The notes under the pieces: generated by a model
The model's database searches: none
Told to the model about the DNA's origin: nothing
What the model saw: the letters and a program-made list of their open reading frames with translations, nothing else
Part shown: one piece after another, positions 12,527-25,293 of the stretch
Numbering within the stretch: position 1 is the first letter of the stretch
How the letters are laid out: each line of letters opens with the position of its first letter
From: Octopus bimaculoides
Taxonomy: Eukaryota
DNA: 64,000 nt
Reading direction: 5' to 3'
NCBI RefSeq assembly: GCF_001194135.2
Contig: NC_068986.1
Coordinates: 66,379,504-66,443,503 of the forward strand
Translations under genes and position numbers: made by a program

Positions 12527-13283
12527 NNNNNNNNNNNNNNNNNNNNNNNNNNNNNNNNNNNNNNNNNNNNNNNNNNNNNNNNNNNNNNNNNNNNNNNNNN
12601 NNNNNNNNNNNNNNNNNNNNNNNNNNNNNNNNNNNNNNNNNNNNNNNNNNNNNNNNNNNNNNNNNNNNNNNNNNNNNNNNNNNNNNNNNNNNNNNNNNNN
12701 NNNNNNNNNNNNNNNNNNNNNNNNNNNNNNNNNNNNNNNNNNNNNNNNNNNNNNNNNNNNNNNNNNNNNNNNNNNNNNNNNNNNNNNNNNNNNNNNNNNN
12801 NNNNNNNNNNNNNNNNNNNNNNNNNNNNNNNNNNNNNNNNNNNNNNNNNNNNNNNNNNNNNNNNNNNNNNNNNNNNNNNNNNNNNNNNNNNNNNNNNNNN
12901 NNNNNNNNNNNNNNNNNNNNNNNNNNNNNNNNNNNNNNNNNNNNNNNNNNNNNNNNNNNNNNNNNNNNNNNNNNNNNNNNNNNNNNNNNNNNNNNNNNNN
13001 NNNNNNNNNNNNNNNNNNNNNNNNNNNNNNNNNNNNNNNNNNNNNNNNNNNNNNNNNNNNNNNNNNNNNNNNNNNNNNNNNNNNNNNNNNNNNNNNNNNN
13101 NNNNNNNNNNNNNNNNNNNNNNNNNNNNNNNNNNNNNNNNNNNNNNNNNNNNNNNNNNNNNNNNNNNNNNNNNNNNNNNNNNNNNNNNNNNNNNNNNNNN
13201 NNNNNNNNNNNNNNNNNNNNNNNNNNNNNNNNNNNNNNNNNNNNNNNNNNNNNNNNNNNNNNNNNNNNNNNNNNNNNNNNNNN
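12527..13283. other. Assembly gap (N run); others at 7591-7600, 20488-20497, 51854-52399, 53732-53741 and 55878-55978
   Basis: Runs of N; the ORF-track entries spanning them are artefacts. Confidence 0.99.
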
Positions 13284-13510
13284 TTCAATACATAATAATG
13301 AAGTTTATCATGAGGAGGTACATAAAGAGCTAATACTAGACAGTTAACGTAAACAAACGGTAGGAGAAATAGAGAGGTAAAAAAGATAGAATACGATGTA
13401 TAAAAGGGACTTAAGTTTGCATAAAAATTAATATTCATTAGTATGTATTAAATTTCGTATGTGTATTTTGTGTGCAAGATTCTTGATGTGGATACGTGTG
13501 TTGAAAGAAA

Positions 13511-13650
13511 TACAATTAAACCTTGGGAGAGGCATTATGCCAGTAATAAACACACGCACTGGTTCAGTCCTTTATTAATAAATTAATAAAGGACTGAACC
13601 AGTGCGTGTGTTTATTACCGGCATAATGCCTCTCCCAAGGCTTAATTGTA
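13511..13650. repeat. 140-bp near-perfect palindrome, TA-flanked (MITE-like)
   Basis: 69-bp arms, 2-nt centre, only two A/C mismatches (13520/13641 and 13542/13619). Confidence 0.92.
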
Positions 13651-14413
13651 TGTATTAAATATAATGCAAAAAAATAAGTAAAGAAAGAAAAATAGTTGTT
13701 AATATTACAAATAAAATAGTATATACTTGGTGTGATTATAAAGATGAAAAAAATGAAATTGAAATAGGGAATAAAGATAGGAATACGAAAGGAAAAAATT
13801 AAATGTAGGGGAGATAAATGAGCTGGGAAGAAGAGTTAATAAAAGTTTATTTTGGTTATACAGTAGATGTGTTTTGGTATAAAAAATATATTTTGGAGGT
13901 AATAATCTAGCTTAGTATTATGTGAGAAAAATATGTAATGATAGTAAGGTTGTAGTGGTATTTAAGATATTAGGGTGCAGTGCCAGTTATGAATATAAGA
14001 AAATGTGCGAGTAGGAGGGTGCACATAAGTGAACAAAAATTTATACATAATATAGGAGGAAAATAATCTAATAAGAAGTGTGTGTATATTTACTCATGTA
14101 TGTAGAGGCATATTTGCACACTAGTATATACAGATACTGGAATTCTAGTTGTACGATTAGGGTATACATATAAAAGAAAACACCGTACAAATATACACAT
14201 ACCGGTGCAAAGAGGCACACATATATAGATATAAATACACACGTTCATATTAATATACATATTTATTAGAAAACAAACAAATCAATAGATAACATAAGAT
14301 TCATACCTAGATACGGATACATGGGTGTAGACATGTAGCACACCAAGAAGTACTATATGTGCATATATCAGTAGAAAAATATATGTAATTATAAGGTACA
14401 GTGATAAGTAACA

Positions 14414-14503
14414 AACTTCTTCCCCCTCACCCTCATCATACCCATTCTAACACATCAATAAATGATAGTTAGAATGGGTATGATGAGGTGGGAGGAAGAA
14501 GTT
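14414..14503. repeat. 90-nt hairpin
   Basis: cctcatcatacccattctaac pairs perfectly (21 bp) with gttagaatgggtatgatgagg; a further 10 bp pair beyond a small internal loop; 16-nt terminal loop. Confidence 0.85.
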
Positions 14504-14723
14504 CAAAAGAAAAAAAGTGGGGAGTACATGGACACAATTGTGAAAATAAAATATAAAAAATTATAGGTATATTACATACTGAGAAAAGATATAATTTCCT
14601 TTATCCAAAAGATATGGCGAGAGAAAAAAAGAGGTATAGAGAGATGTAGATAAAGTGATAGCCCTATGTATGGTGGGTCATGTAATTTTTAGAAGGAACT
14701 GTTAAATAAAGAAATGTACAGAA

Positions 14724-16135
14724 AGACAGCTGCAGGAGAAATACCTAGCCAAAGATAAACCTCTGTACCTGGCTTTCATTGACATGGAGAAAGCCTTTGA
14801 CAGGGTCCCCCGATCCCTTATCTGGTGGTCAATGAGGAAACTAGGGATAGAAGAATGGTTAATGAGAGCTGTGCAAGCCATGTACAGGGACGTTGTCAGT
14901 AAGGTGAGGGTTGGCAACGAGTACAGTGAAGAATTCCGGGTAGAGGTAGGGGTCCACCAAGGTTCAGTCCTCAGCCCTCTCCTATTTATCATAGTCCTCC
15001 AGGCAATAACACAGGAATTCAAGACAGGATGCCCCTGGGGGCTCCTCTATGCTGATGACCTTGCTCTAATTGCTGAGTCACTATCAGAACTAGAGGAGAA
15101 GTTTCAGGTGTGGAAGCAAGGATTAGAATTGAAGGGCCTTTGAGTCAACCTAGCTAAAACCTAGGTCCTAATAAGTAGTAAGGTAGACAACACACAAACC
15201 CCTTCAGGTAGATGGCCCTGTGCGATCTGTAGAAAAGGCGTAGGTAGAAACTCTATAAGATGTACCCAGTATAAGCTATGGACACATAAGAGGTGCAGCA
15301 ATATCAAAGGAAGGCTAACTAGGAAGATAGTTTTTGTATGTGGCAGATGCTCAGGAGCAATAAACACTGAAAATGTGCAGAGAACAACTTCTGCCACATT
15401 CAAGGGAGAAAAACTAGAAGTAGTTGATAGCTTCCATTACCTAGGTGACCAAGTCAGTATCCGGGGGAGGGTGTGCTAGAGAGCTCTTACCTCTGCTGGT
15501 GACAAAGGGTCCCTCACTCAGAGTAAAAGGCAGACTGTATGATGCATGTGTACGAACAGCCATGCTACATGGCAGTGAAACATGGGCCATGACTGCTAAG
15601 GATATGCGTAAGCTCGCAAGGAATGAAGCCAGTATGCTCCGATGGATGTGTAATGTCAGTGTGCATACTCGACAGAGTGTAAGTACCTTGAGAGAAAAGG
15701 TACCTAAGAAGCATCAGTTGTGGTGTGCAAGAGAGACGATTGCGCTGGTATGGTCATGTGGCGAGAATGGATGAGGATAGCTGTGTGAAGAAGTGCCACA
15801 CTCTAGCAGTTGAGGGAACCTGTGGAAGAGGTAGACCCAGGAAGACCTGGGATGAGATGGTGAAGCACGACCTTTGAACATTAGGCCTCACCAAGGCAAT
15901 GACTAGTGACCGAGACCTTTGGAAATATGCTGTGTGTGAGAAGACCCGGCAAGCCAAGTGAAACCATAACCCGTGGCCTTTGCCAGGGGTGTAGCCAGCC
16001 CACTTATGCGTACCTCTCCTTCATTGGACACTAAAACTATGCTTGCGAAGACCTGTTGGGGTAAGTGAAATCAAAATCGAACCAAACTCAACGACAGGCA
16101 CCCATGCCAACCTTTCCTTCATTGGACACTAAACT
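14724..16135 (+). mobile_element. 5'-truncated, decayed RTE-clade LINE (reverse transcriptase to 3' UTR)
   Basis: RQLQEKYLAK...DMEKAFDRVP, GVHQGSVLSPLLF and LLYADD motifs (ORF 14784..15143), plus C-terminal RLYDACVRTAMLHGSETW; stops and frameshifts present. Confidence 0.92.
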
Positions 16136-17033
16136 TATAAACTCCATTTACTTTAAATAACATGGGAAATTAGAAAAAAATATTACAGAAATTTAAAAGC
16201 ACAACTAAGAAAATCGAACAAATAACTGATAACAATTTGACCCCTACAAGACTACATTCTTCACAAAATTCTTTGCCAAGATATATCACTAAATTATGTA
16301 CATCAGTAAAAAAAAAAATGTGCTTTAAAAATCTGAATACAAATTATGTTATTTTAGCTAAAACACAATTATAAACTTTAAATGTTGGATTATATGCCAT
16401 TCTGGGAAAAAAAGTTACAAATATAAATTAACTATAGTGAAAACTTCTGCAATTTAAAGAAGCAAATTTGGTGCTGAGAAACCAAATCAGAAAAATTTAG
16501 CACAATGTTCAGTTTAATTACTGAAACATAAATTGAAATAGAGTTGCCCTACAAAATCATGGTCTAGTAGATTTAAGTAGTAAGTTTGGAAAATTCACAA
16601 ATACAATATCAGCTGAAGCACATGTACATATGAAAAATAGCTTCTAAATATATCTCAGGTGTGCAGGTAATTTGAAAATACATCACGGAGTGACAACCAT
16701 GCCCTGCATAGTTATGGGCTGCCCTTTGGCAACGCATAGCACTCATTCAATTACCCTGCCAGCGAAGTCGTGGGACTACAGCATGATGGATTTTGAAGAG
16801 GTAGAAGGAACCTCAGAAGACCAACAGCCAGGATCACCAAGCTCCCTCAAAAAAGTGCAATGCATCCAGAGGTGGCATCCATGCTGTGTAATCAGCTAAT
16901 GAAAGGTTCACCATGACTCAAGCTCCCAATTCAAATTCTTAACAATGGAACTGGATGACGATAGCAAAAAAAAAAAAAAAAAATCTCTATTAGATTTCAC
17001 CTATGATCATCAGAGATCTATGCTAGTAATTTA

Positions 17034-17073
17034 CAATGTACTCATTTGCTCAATTGAGCAAATGAGTACATTG
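17034..17073. repeat. Perfect 40-bp palindrome with no loop
   Basis: CAATGTACTCATTTGCTCAA|TTGAGCAAATGAGTACATTG. Confidence 0.95.
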
Positions 17074-18335
17074 ACTAATACCACTTAAACACAGATGGAT
17101 AGATAATCTTCTGGATTTTATTATACACGTAACATGTACAGTAAATTTCAGACACTGAGTATGCATATCTACACAATCTATATCTGCACAGTCTATATCA
17201 GCTCCTCTTTTGTTAACAAACTTGATAGCTTTGCCTTATATTTTAAATGGTGCCAAATTAAGATTGCACAGGAGGCCATAAATTCATTAATCTTATCCCA
17301 TAAGTCAACATTATGTATAGAGAAATGCAATCATGTGACCTAAATACTGATAAAATAATAATTTAGTTGTGACACAAAAACACTCCAAGTGAAAAACCTA
17401 TCAACAATGGAAGCAACTAGAACAAAGCAAACAGTTAACCGACAGATATTAGATAATTGCCACACAATGATTTCTAGCCTGTAGTATTAAATGGTAAATT
17501 CACAAGTCTATTTCAAAATGTTTAAATTTCATTTTCAATTATTTTCACATTCTTTTATTGCGTACAGCAATGGATATGAGGTGCTGAATATTATCAACCA
17601 CATGCCCGTAAATTTAAAACCATACAATATTTATGACGATATATTCATAAACAAAGCACATTACTACACTACTTCTGTTTAAAATGCTAATACTCATCAG
17701 AAAAATCAAATACATCAACTAATATGCTTCTGTTAAGACACAGGAGTAAGAGATACAAGGTGTTTATGTGTTCAAGCTTACTAAATGTTATCTTGGCAAA
17801 TATATTCAACAACAGCCTTAGCCTGATCCATCCTTGTGTATGGTTATCTTCTGGGTTATGCGCATAAGACTGTAGAATGGATTGTAGCTGTAACTCTATA
17901 AAGTTCAACCTTGTCACGTACTGTCAAGCTAATTTGGTATGAGAATTATATTAAGGGTGCATGTTTGTGTGGAATATTCAGCCATGTGGATGTTAATTTA
18001 ACAAATAAGTAGTTTAGTTTTTTTAAAAAGAATGTTCACCATCAAACCCGAAAGGGGATCCATCAAGAGATATGATTGCAGGATGATTTGTAGTACACAC
18101 CTTAAAGTGTTCATGTTTCTTTATAAAAAAAAAAAGTAATTCACTATATTTACTCCAGTCAATACTAAAATAACACGACACACCTACTTTGTAGCTGAGT
18201 GACAGATGTCAAGAGAAACAACCTACTTCAGATTATATTCTTAAATTATGTAATAAAATAATGTTGCATATTCTCAATCCCATCACAGAACATTAGTTTT
18301 TAATCATCCAATAACATGAAAATAGAATGACTCAC

Positions 18336-18437
18336 CTCTGATGGCCCTGCAACTACCACATGGAAATATCGAGCATTTGACTGATCAGGTGTGGCACTTA
18401 TTCCAGGTACAGGCTCGGCCATGAGCCGCTGAGTCTC
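18336..18437 (-). CDS. UBE2N: UBE2N coding exon 2 ([34 protein letters not shown])
   Basis: Acceptor ttttctatttatttAG, donor GTGAG, 102 nt, in frame with exons 1 and 3. Confidence 0.96.
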
Positions 18438-20084
18438 CTAAATAAATAGAAAAACATTTAAAACCTACTGTGAATGGAAAAGTTGAGAATATTTAAAATA
18501 CAAAATATTACACTTACACTGAAATTATGAAATTTATACATCATTTACAAATATAAAAATGCATATTTCAAATAAAATAAGAGCAAATATACTACTAATA
18601 ATATACATTAGGGCGATGATATAGCAAAAATAACTGCTTCGGATTAAATATGTACTAAAAGCATTTGGTTTCATTCCTACAAAGTAATTATCATTAGCAT
18701 AAATTAGACCAAATAACCCTTTACCAAAACTGATAAAAAGATACTGTAGGTAAATTTAGCAAAACAAAACAAAAAAAATCATTATATTCTTAAGATCTTT
18801 TCCCCCCTTTTAGATTCATTTTACTAATGTTACCATTGGTGGGATGATTTTGTTAGTGTAATTTTTCATATTGCTAGATACCTTTCCCACTGTTAATTAA
18901 TCAAACAGCTTATTTTGAACTAAAAAAAAAAAAAAAAAACAATGCCTTGCTAAATCTTGCAAATAAGGGTTCAAATTTACTAGAAAAAAGGGGTGGGGGG
19001 GATTAACAAAACAGCAGTTCAATACTAAGAACTACTTGCCCAAGGTACTTAGTAACATAAGGAGTTATTAACTAGAAGGTTATGATGGACAACTCAGATT
19101 GTTCTCAGCTAATAATTAAGTCCTGCTGCATATTAAATGGTTAGAAAAATCTTAGCATTGTGATTCAAGTTCAAGAGCGACGGGAAAATTTCATATATTT
19201 CTACCACTGCAAGAAACAACTAACATCTGTATTTGACCCCATGTAGAAGTGCAGACTATATAATGCATCTATAAAATGTGATAACATACTGCATTAAGAA
19301 AATGGTATAAATTGATGCTAGAATTTGTTTATAGGGGCATAATTCTTGAAACCATTAAACTTCTCAAAATAAATGATTCAAATACTTGGAAAGATTGTGT
19401 TATGCAGAGCCCAGCCTAATCCATGGTAACAAGAAAAAGCAGACAGATAACTAATGATTTTATAGAATTATACATTACATTATGTATTTCTGTTAAGACC
19501 CAAGGGTAAGGGATACACAGTCATAGATATGGCTGAATGGCAAATCTTAAAATCTTGGGTTTAATCCCAACAAGTGGTATCTTAAGTAAAATGTCTTTTG
19601 CCACAAGCATTGAGTTGACTTGAACCTTGTGAAACTGAATAGACAGGTGGAAGCCTGTAGGAAGGGTTCAAGCGGGTTCAGTTTCAAAATTAGATTAAGA
19701 GTGCACAAAACTAATAATTATTTGCAAACTTATCTCAGTATTATCTAGGTAGTAGTTCTGCAGCACTAAATAGTGACAATTACATCATGTACTATCATCT
19801 ATATAATGTATTCTCATGTACTATCATCCTGTATATAAGGAGAGTAAAATATTTTGTCTAATTTTTTTTAAAGTAATAAAGAATAAAATGAAAAAAAAAT
19901 TCTAATACATACTCAAGCATATGAACAGTTGAATGTGTCAGGAAACAACATTTTATTAACCTTTATAATTGTTCTTTTTTTAAATATTTTATAACTGACA
20001 TGTACATGTGATATGAAATGATGCAGGATTGTGAGATGTAGGCTTTGAATGCAAATGATTTGAGCAAAGTAGTATGAAATGAAG

Positions 20085-20390
20085 CAAGCAAGCACGCTTT
20101 GCTGGATGTATAATGTTAGTGCACATGAACAACAGTACAAACAAGTTGAGAGAAAAGTTGGATATAAGAAGAATCAGATGTAGTAAGCAAGAGAAAAGAC
20201 TACAACGGTACAAACATTTGATGTGTCTGGATGATGGCAGCAGCATAATTGAGTTGCAAGTGCTCAAAAGTGGATGAAACCTGTACAATGATAAAACCCC
20301 GAAAATCTGAGATGAAGTGGTAAAGACTGATCTCAAGATGCTGAGCTTCATAAAAGAGATGACAAACAACAGCTGAATAGCTTCCCTCCT
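20085..20390 (+). mobile_element. Degenerate RTE C-terminal fragment
   Basis: Similar to 15620-15930 (ggatgtataatgttagtgcacat...gagagaaaagttggatataagaag). Confidence 0.65.
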
Positions 20391-20400
20391 ACCTCCCTCT

Positions 20401-20578
20401 GCCACCTCAATATCCTCCCACCGCCCTTTGCCATCTCAATATCCTCCCACCGCCCTTTGCCATCTCAATATCCTCCCACCGCCCTTTNNNNNNNNNNGCC
20501 CTTTGCCATCTCAATATCCTCCCACCGCCCTTTGCCATCTCAATATCCTCCCACCGCCCTTTGCCATCTCAATATCCT
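20401..20578. repeat. 29-bp minisatellite (GCCATCTCAATATCCTCCCACCGCCCTTT)n, about 6 visible copies, interrupted by a 10-N gap
   Basis: Units start at 20401, 20430, 20459, 20505, 20534 and a partial unit at 20563. Confidence 0.95.
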
Positions 20579-22660
20579 TTCGCCTGTACATCTTCCCGCC
20601 CATTGCTCTTTGCCATCACCATGTCCTCCCATATCCCTGGCTTCCGTTGACCCCTATCCAGAGATTCACCCCTCTCCTCTACCAAACAGCACTCATTCCA
20701 CTACCCTCTCATATTCAATAACAATAAATCTTCCCCTACTCATCTCATCCACCTACCCTTATTCCCTTCTCTTCTGTCACCTCTAACCTTTGACACTGCT
20801 CTTTCTCTTCCATTACCTCGCCAGTACTCTTTCTTGTTAACTCCTACCACCTTCCAACAATAAATTTGTTCCTCCCATCACGCTTCACTTCTCTTAACAC
20901 CTTGATGTCATTACTCTCTCTCTTCTATTCTCCTTTTGAGCCATTGGGGCTCTTAGTCTTGAAAATCACAAGGTGATCTCACAAATGATAGTGCCACAAA
21001 AAAAAAATTAAAAAACATTCTGTTCACTTTGTAATGCAGTTGACAAATCAAATAGAAACAATGTGGGGTCAAGAAGGCAAATTTTGTTGAGAGTGTGACA
21101 ACTCACAAGTGCTGGTGCCTTGAGAAAATGCATTGAATACACTCTGTAAAGTGGTTGATCTTAAGGAGGTCACCCAGCTGTCGAAACCATGTCAACAGAG
21201 ATGACAAATATCTGATACGCTGAAAGGGACTCAAAGCTTTAGGTGTATCCAATGTACTGACACAACTAGCAACAGAAACAGTAATGAATAAAAGACTACG
21301 GACTATTCAAACAGCTTGAAAGAAGTAGATAGATTGCTGAGTCGTGTTAAGTAATTAGTACTAAATTCAAATTAGGGTAACACAGTAGCTAAAATAGTTA
21401 GTTATTAGAGATTTCTTTCTGAAGTCATTAACTATTAACACCACAAACTCTTTCAAGTAGTTCATGAGGTACACAGTATTTTAAATATCTAATTCATTAT
21501 CTTTTATCTTTGAAGTGACTTTTTATGATAAAAAAATATTAGTAACCCTCCATATAAATTGAAGGCCTTATGATTCATTCCTGGTAAGAGTGAGATTTAA
21601 CATTAAATGAGCTTAATTTATTGTATAGCTAATGCTTACCAGTGAAATTTTTTTTTTTAATTGAATATCCATATGGATATTTCAAGACAACTAAATAAAT
21701 ACTCAGAGACAACCAGAAAAGTGAGCTCGGAGCTGGCAAACAGTGAGATAATTGCTCAGAATTATCTCTAGTAATCCTATTCTACTCATTAGAAAAGATT
21801 GTTACGCAAGATTACACTGCGTAACAAATTTCTTTTTATTTATTTTTTTGACATTGGTCAATAAGTGTTGTTTCCTCTTTGTTTCTATGTAGAAATCAAA
21901 GGAAATGACTACCATTCCCTTCAAACTTTGCTTTTACCACCTGTTTTGAAACTGGCATAAATCCTTGTGCTACATAAATGTAACACAAGCAAAGTTTGAA
22001 GGAAATATCAGCCATTTTTCATACTTTCTAGAGGTAAGCAAATAGGAAATAACAGTTGCTACACAAGGACAAAAATTGTGTTACACAGTGTTATAATATA
22101 AGTAAGGTTCATTTTAAAAAGAAAAATATTAAAACTGCATGGAAACCTGGACATTGAGATCAACCACTGCAGCATCTATAGAATTAGTTCTCACACCAAT
22201 TATGTAACATTCAAGAAGATGCACTATCATAAATGACTTTCACATACTAGAGTCTTATTTCATTAACAAGTGATATCCCTCAGTCTAAGTGCAATTGAAG
22301 GTCACTAACTGTAATCTAAAATTACTACTTGCAAGAGATCCTGCTAATATTGCTAGATTTGTACCAAAAATTATCATTCCCAAAGAACTAGGCAGGCATT
22401 CCACTATATCTTGTAATATATTCCTAACCCTTTTATGATCTTCCAATAAAAAATTTTCATGATCAATAAAACATGACCCAAAATAGCTTTTACTAGACTT
22501 TTTTTGTCTTCTTTCACCAACCTGAACCCTTTGGTATTAATAGTGTAAGATAAATATGGAAAAATTCAATATAAAAAACAAAGTTATTAAACTTCATGTT
22601 GTATGGTCAAAGGTTTACTTTGCTATCTAAAATTGTGTATCAATGATGGTTTTCAGTAGT

Positions 22661-22872
22661 TTAACCTTTTAGCATTTAAACCAGCCCAAATATTATGCTT
22701 TATGTTGAAACCAGTCAGATCCAGCCTATCACACCTACCCTACAATGTCATTCTAAAAATAAACAATCACATCATCAATATTTCAAAACTACATGATAAT
22801 GCATGATTAATTCAAAGTAATATGAATGAATAAGCTTTACATTTGACAGTAATCTGAATGCTAAAGGGTTAA
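22661..22872. mobile_element. piggyBac-type MITE, copy 3
   Basis: TTAAccttttagcatt...aatgctaaagggTTAA; TTAA at both ends with short CCYTT-type TIRs. Confidence 0.75.
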
Positions 22873-23399
22873 ACAAACTGCATATTTTTATGTCAGCAAT
22901 TTTTTACCAATTGCAATGCATGCTAAAATATTTGAGTATTAAATACGGTTCATCAAGTGAAAAGATGCCTTGTGTGCATCATACAGCCAGCAAGTCTCCC
23001 ACCTCTTAAATTGCAGCCATTCCTTTAGTCACTTGCCAAAAGAGTGTGTACTAACTTTGCAGAAACCCCCTACCTATTATTGCTCAAGCAAATGTATCTA
23101 ATGGAGAAAGTGTCAACATTTACTGAACACTTCTCTTGAAACACTATAATACACATTGGATGAAACTATTCACAAACTTGTCTTTTCCACTAGTCTCACC
23201 ATTATGTACACATACATGCCAAACAAGAAAACCCTTCTTCTCACTTCAAACTAGCAAGGCTACTAATCATAACAACCGAAAAACACTGCACACTAGAGTT
23301 ATCCCTAATCCTTGTCTTTTCATACATCTTTCTACTGATATCTTTCCCATTCTTTGAAAACATGTTAGTGAAGCCTATGTCTCAAACAAGCAATTTTTC

Positions 23400-23800
23400 T
23401 AATTTGGCCAATGAATAACTTATTGCTCTCACTATTGACATCTCAAGAGATGGAAATAGACACTTAACAACCACCCTCAGTGTCGTTGCCTCTTGGATCA
23501 CCAGTGCAGCAACCCATTCACTAAACACCTGCTCACTATGTTCTTCACCCTTGAGAAGTTCAGTGAACATAATGCCATTGCACTTGACATCAGTATTGTA
23601 TTTGATCATATCTAGCATGTGAATCCAAGAAACCTGCCTACAGGCTTCACTCATTTCCTCTTTTTCATTGCAAGCTTCCTTAACATGCACTGCTAGAGTT
23701 TTCTCAAGAGAACACTATCAAATTTGGTGTGACCCAAAGTTCAGTTATGTACCCCACTCATTCCTCCCACAAACTGTTTGTTGTCACTTCAAACAATGCC
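23400..23800 (+). mobile_element. Ancient non-LTR retrotransposon RT remnant (CR1/L2/Jockey-like)
   Basis: LDISIVFDHI*H at 23583 (compare LDISKAFDRVWH) and GVTQSSVM at 23726 (compare GVPQGSVL). Confidence 0.5.
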
Positions 23801-25064
23801 CACCCCCAGACATTCTACACAAAGACATCATCCATTTGCAATCTAAATATCTCTTGTTAAACTAGCACTGCCTCTGAGATTTTGAAAACACTCCAATGGA
23901 GATATGACAATCTTATCTTTCAAAAAGCACAAAGACACAATCACTGCACAATCTTGGACAATACAAGAATTAAAATTTTCAGTCTCTAGAAGTGTTTGAC
24001 TTCACTATCTTTATAGGTCTTCCGTGACAATCTTACATTCATAAGATAACAAACATTGCATTCCATAAGACTAGCTTTCCTCTTCCATGTCAGAGAATAT
24101 TCAGCTTCTATATACCTCAAGTAAGAACTACCATGGGAAACTGTTCCCTGCACACAAAAATCCTAAACTGCATCTAAAAGAAAGCCATCTTGGTAGCTGG
24201 TAATAAACTTACTCAGCACACTACAACCTGTGTTGTAATGTATAATTCATTTACTTCCTTAAAAAAAAATTTTTAATGACAAAAATCAAGATCAAGTTTT
24301 ACAAGACTTCTCCACACATGAACTAGGTATCTCTGAATCATTCACGAGCTGCAACCATACACATGGGGTCACACAAACCACTCACCCAATTATTCTCACA
24401 TTTTTTTCCTTCTGCAGACAAATATTTGATTTCAACATCAACAGTATCAATCTGACCCACCTGTGAAAATCTTGAACACTGTTGCTTCCTGACTAAACCA
24501 GGAAAAAAAAAGTTACGACATTAGCAGCACTACCAGCTATATTCTAAATTTATTACAAATACTGCATAATTGTATAGTGTTTTCTGTCATTTCTGAGAAA
24601 CATAACAAAAATAAATAAAAACAACACAGAAAGTGTATATTCTAAAGGTAAAGGAGATATATATGAATACATATATGCACAAATACAAGATTGGGAATGT
24701 AAATTTAAGAGTTCATGAGCTATGATTTATTTCAGAAAGTGACAAATACTAATGTGACTAAGGATTTGTGATTAGTGTTTCCTTGATTCGTTGCTGGGTC
24801 ATTTTTCCATGCTGGGGCACCCCTAGAAGGGTTTAGCCAAGCAAATCGACCTCAAAACTTACTTTCAAGTCTAGTACATATTCCACTGATCTCTTTTTGC
24901 TGAACATAAACAAACACCAGTTGTCATCAAGTGGTGAGAGACAAATGCACATACACACAATGAGCTTCTGCATAGTTTCTGCTTGTTGGTTACTGGTCAA
25001 CCCAGGACTATAATAGAACCATGTAGTTGCAAAGCAAGCTTCTTAACCACACAGCCAAGTTTGT

Positions 25065-25293
25065 TTAATCCTTTAGCATTTAAACCGATCATATCTGGCC
25101 CAAATATTTTATCTGTTTCATGTTCAAACCAGCCACATTGGACCTCTCATACCTACTCTACAATATCGTTCTAAAAATAAACTTTCACATCATGTTAAAA
25201 TCTCAAAGGTACAAGATAATGCATGATTAATTCAAAACAATGTGAATAAATAAGCTTTACATTTGACAGAGTAATCTGAATGCTGAAAGGTAA
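25065..25293. mobile_element. piggyBac-type MITE, copy 4
   Basis: TTAAtcctttagcatt...aatgctgaaaggTAA; same family as copies 1-3. Confidence 0.7.

Noticed and set aside
12407-13438. Long ORFs (273-343 aa) in the ORF track, and similar ones at 51790-52531 and 55727-56060
   Set aside because: They consist almost entirely of X from N gaps.
20401-20578. Possible CRISPR-like array
   Set aside because: The units are contiguous with no unique spacers, the context is eukaryotic and there are no cas genes.
20428-20786. Proline-rich repetitive ORFs (MPSQYPPTAL...)
   Set aside because: They are translations of the 29-bp minisatellite; the unit is not a multiple of three, so the frame shifts with each copy.
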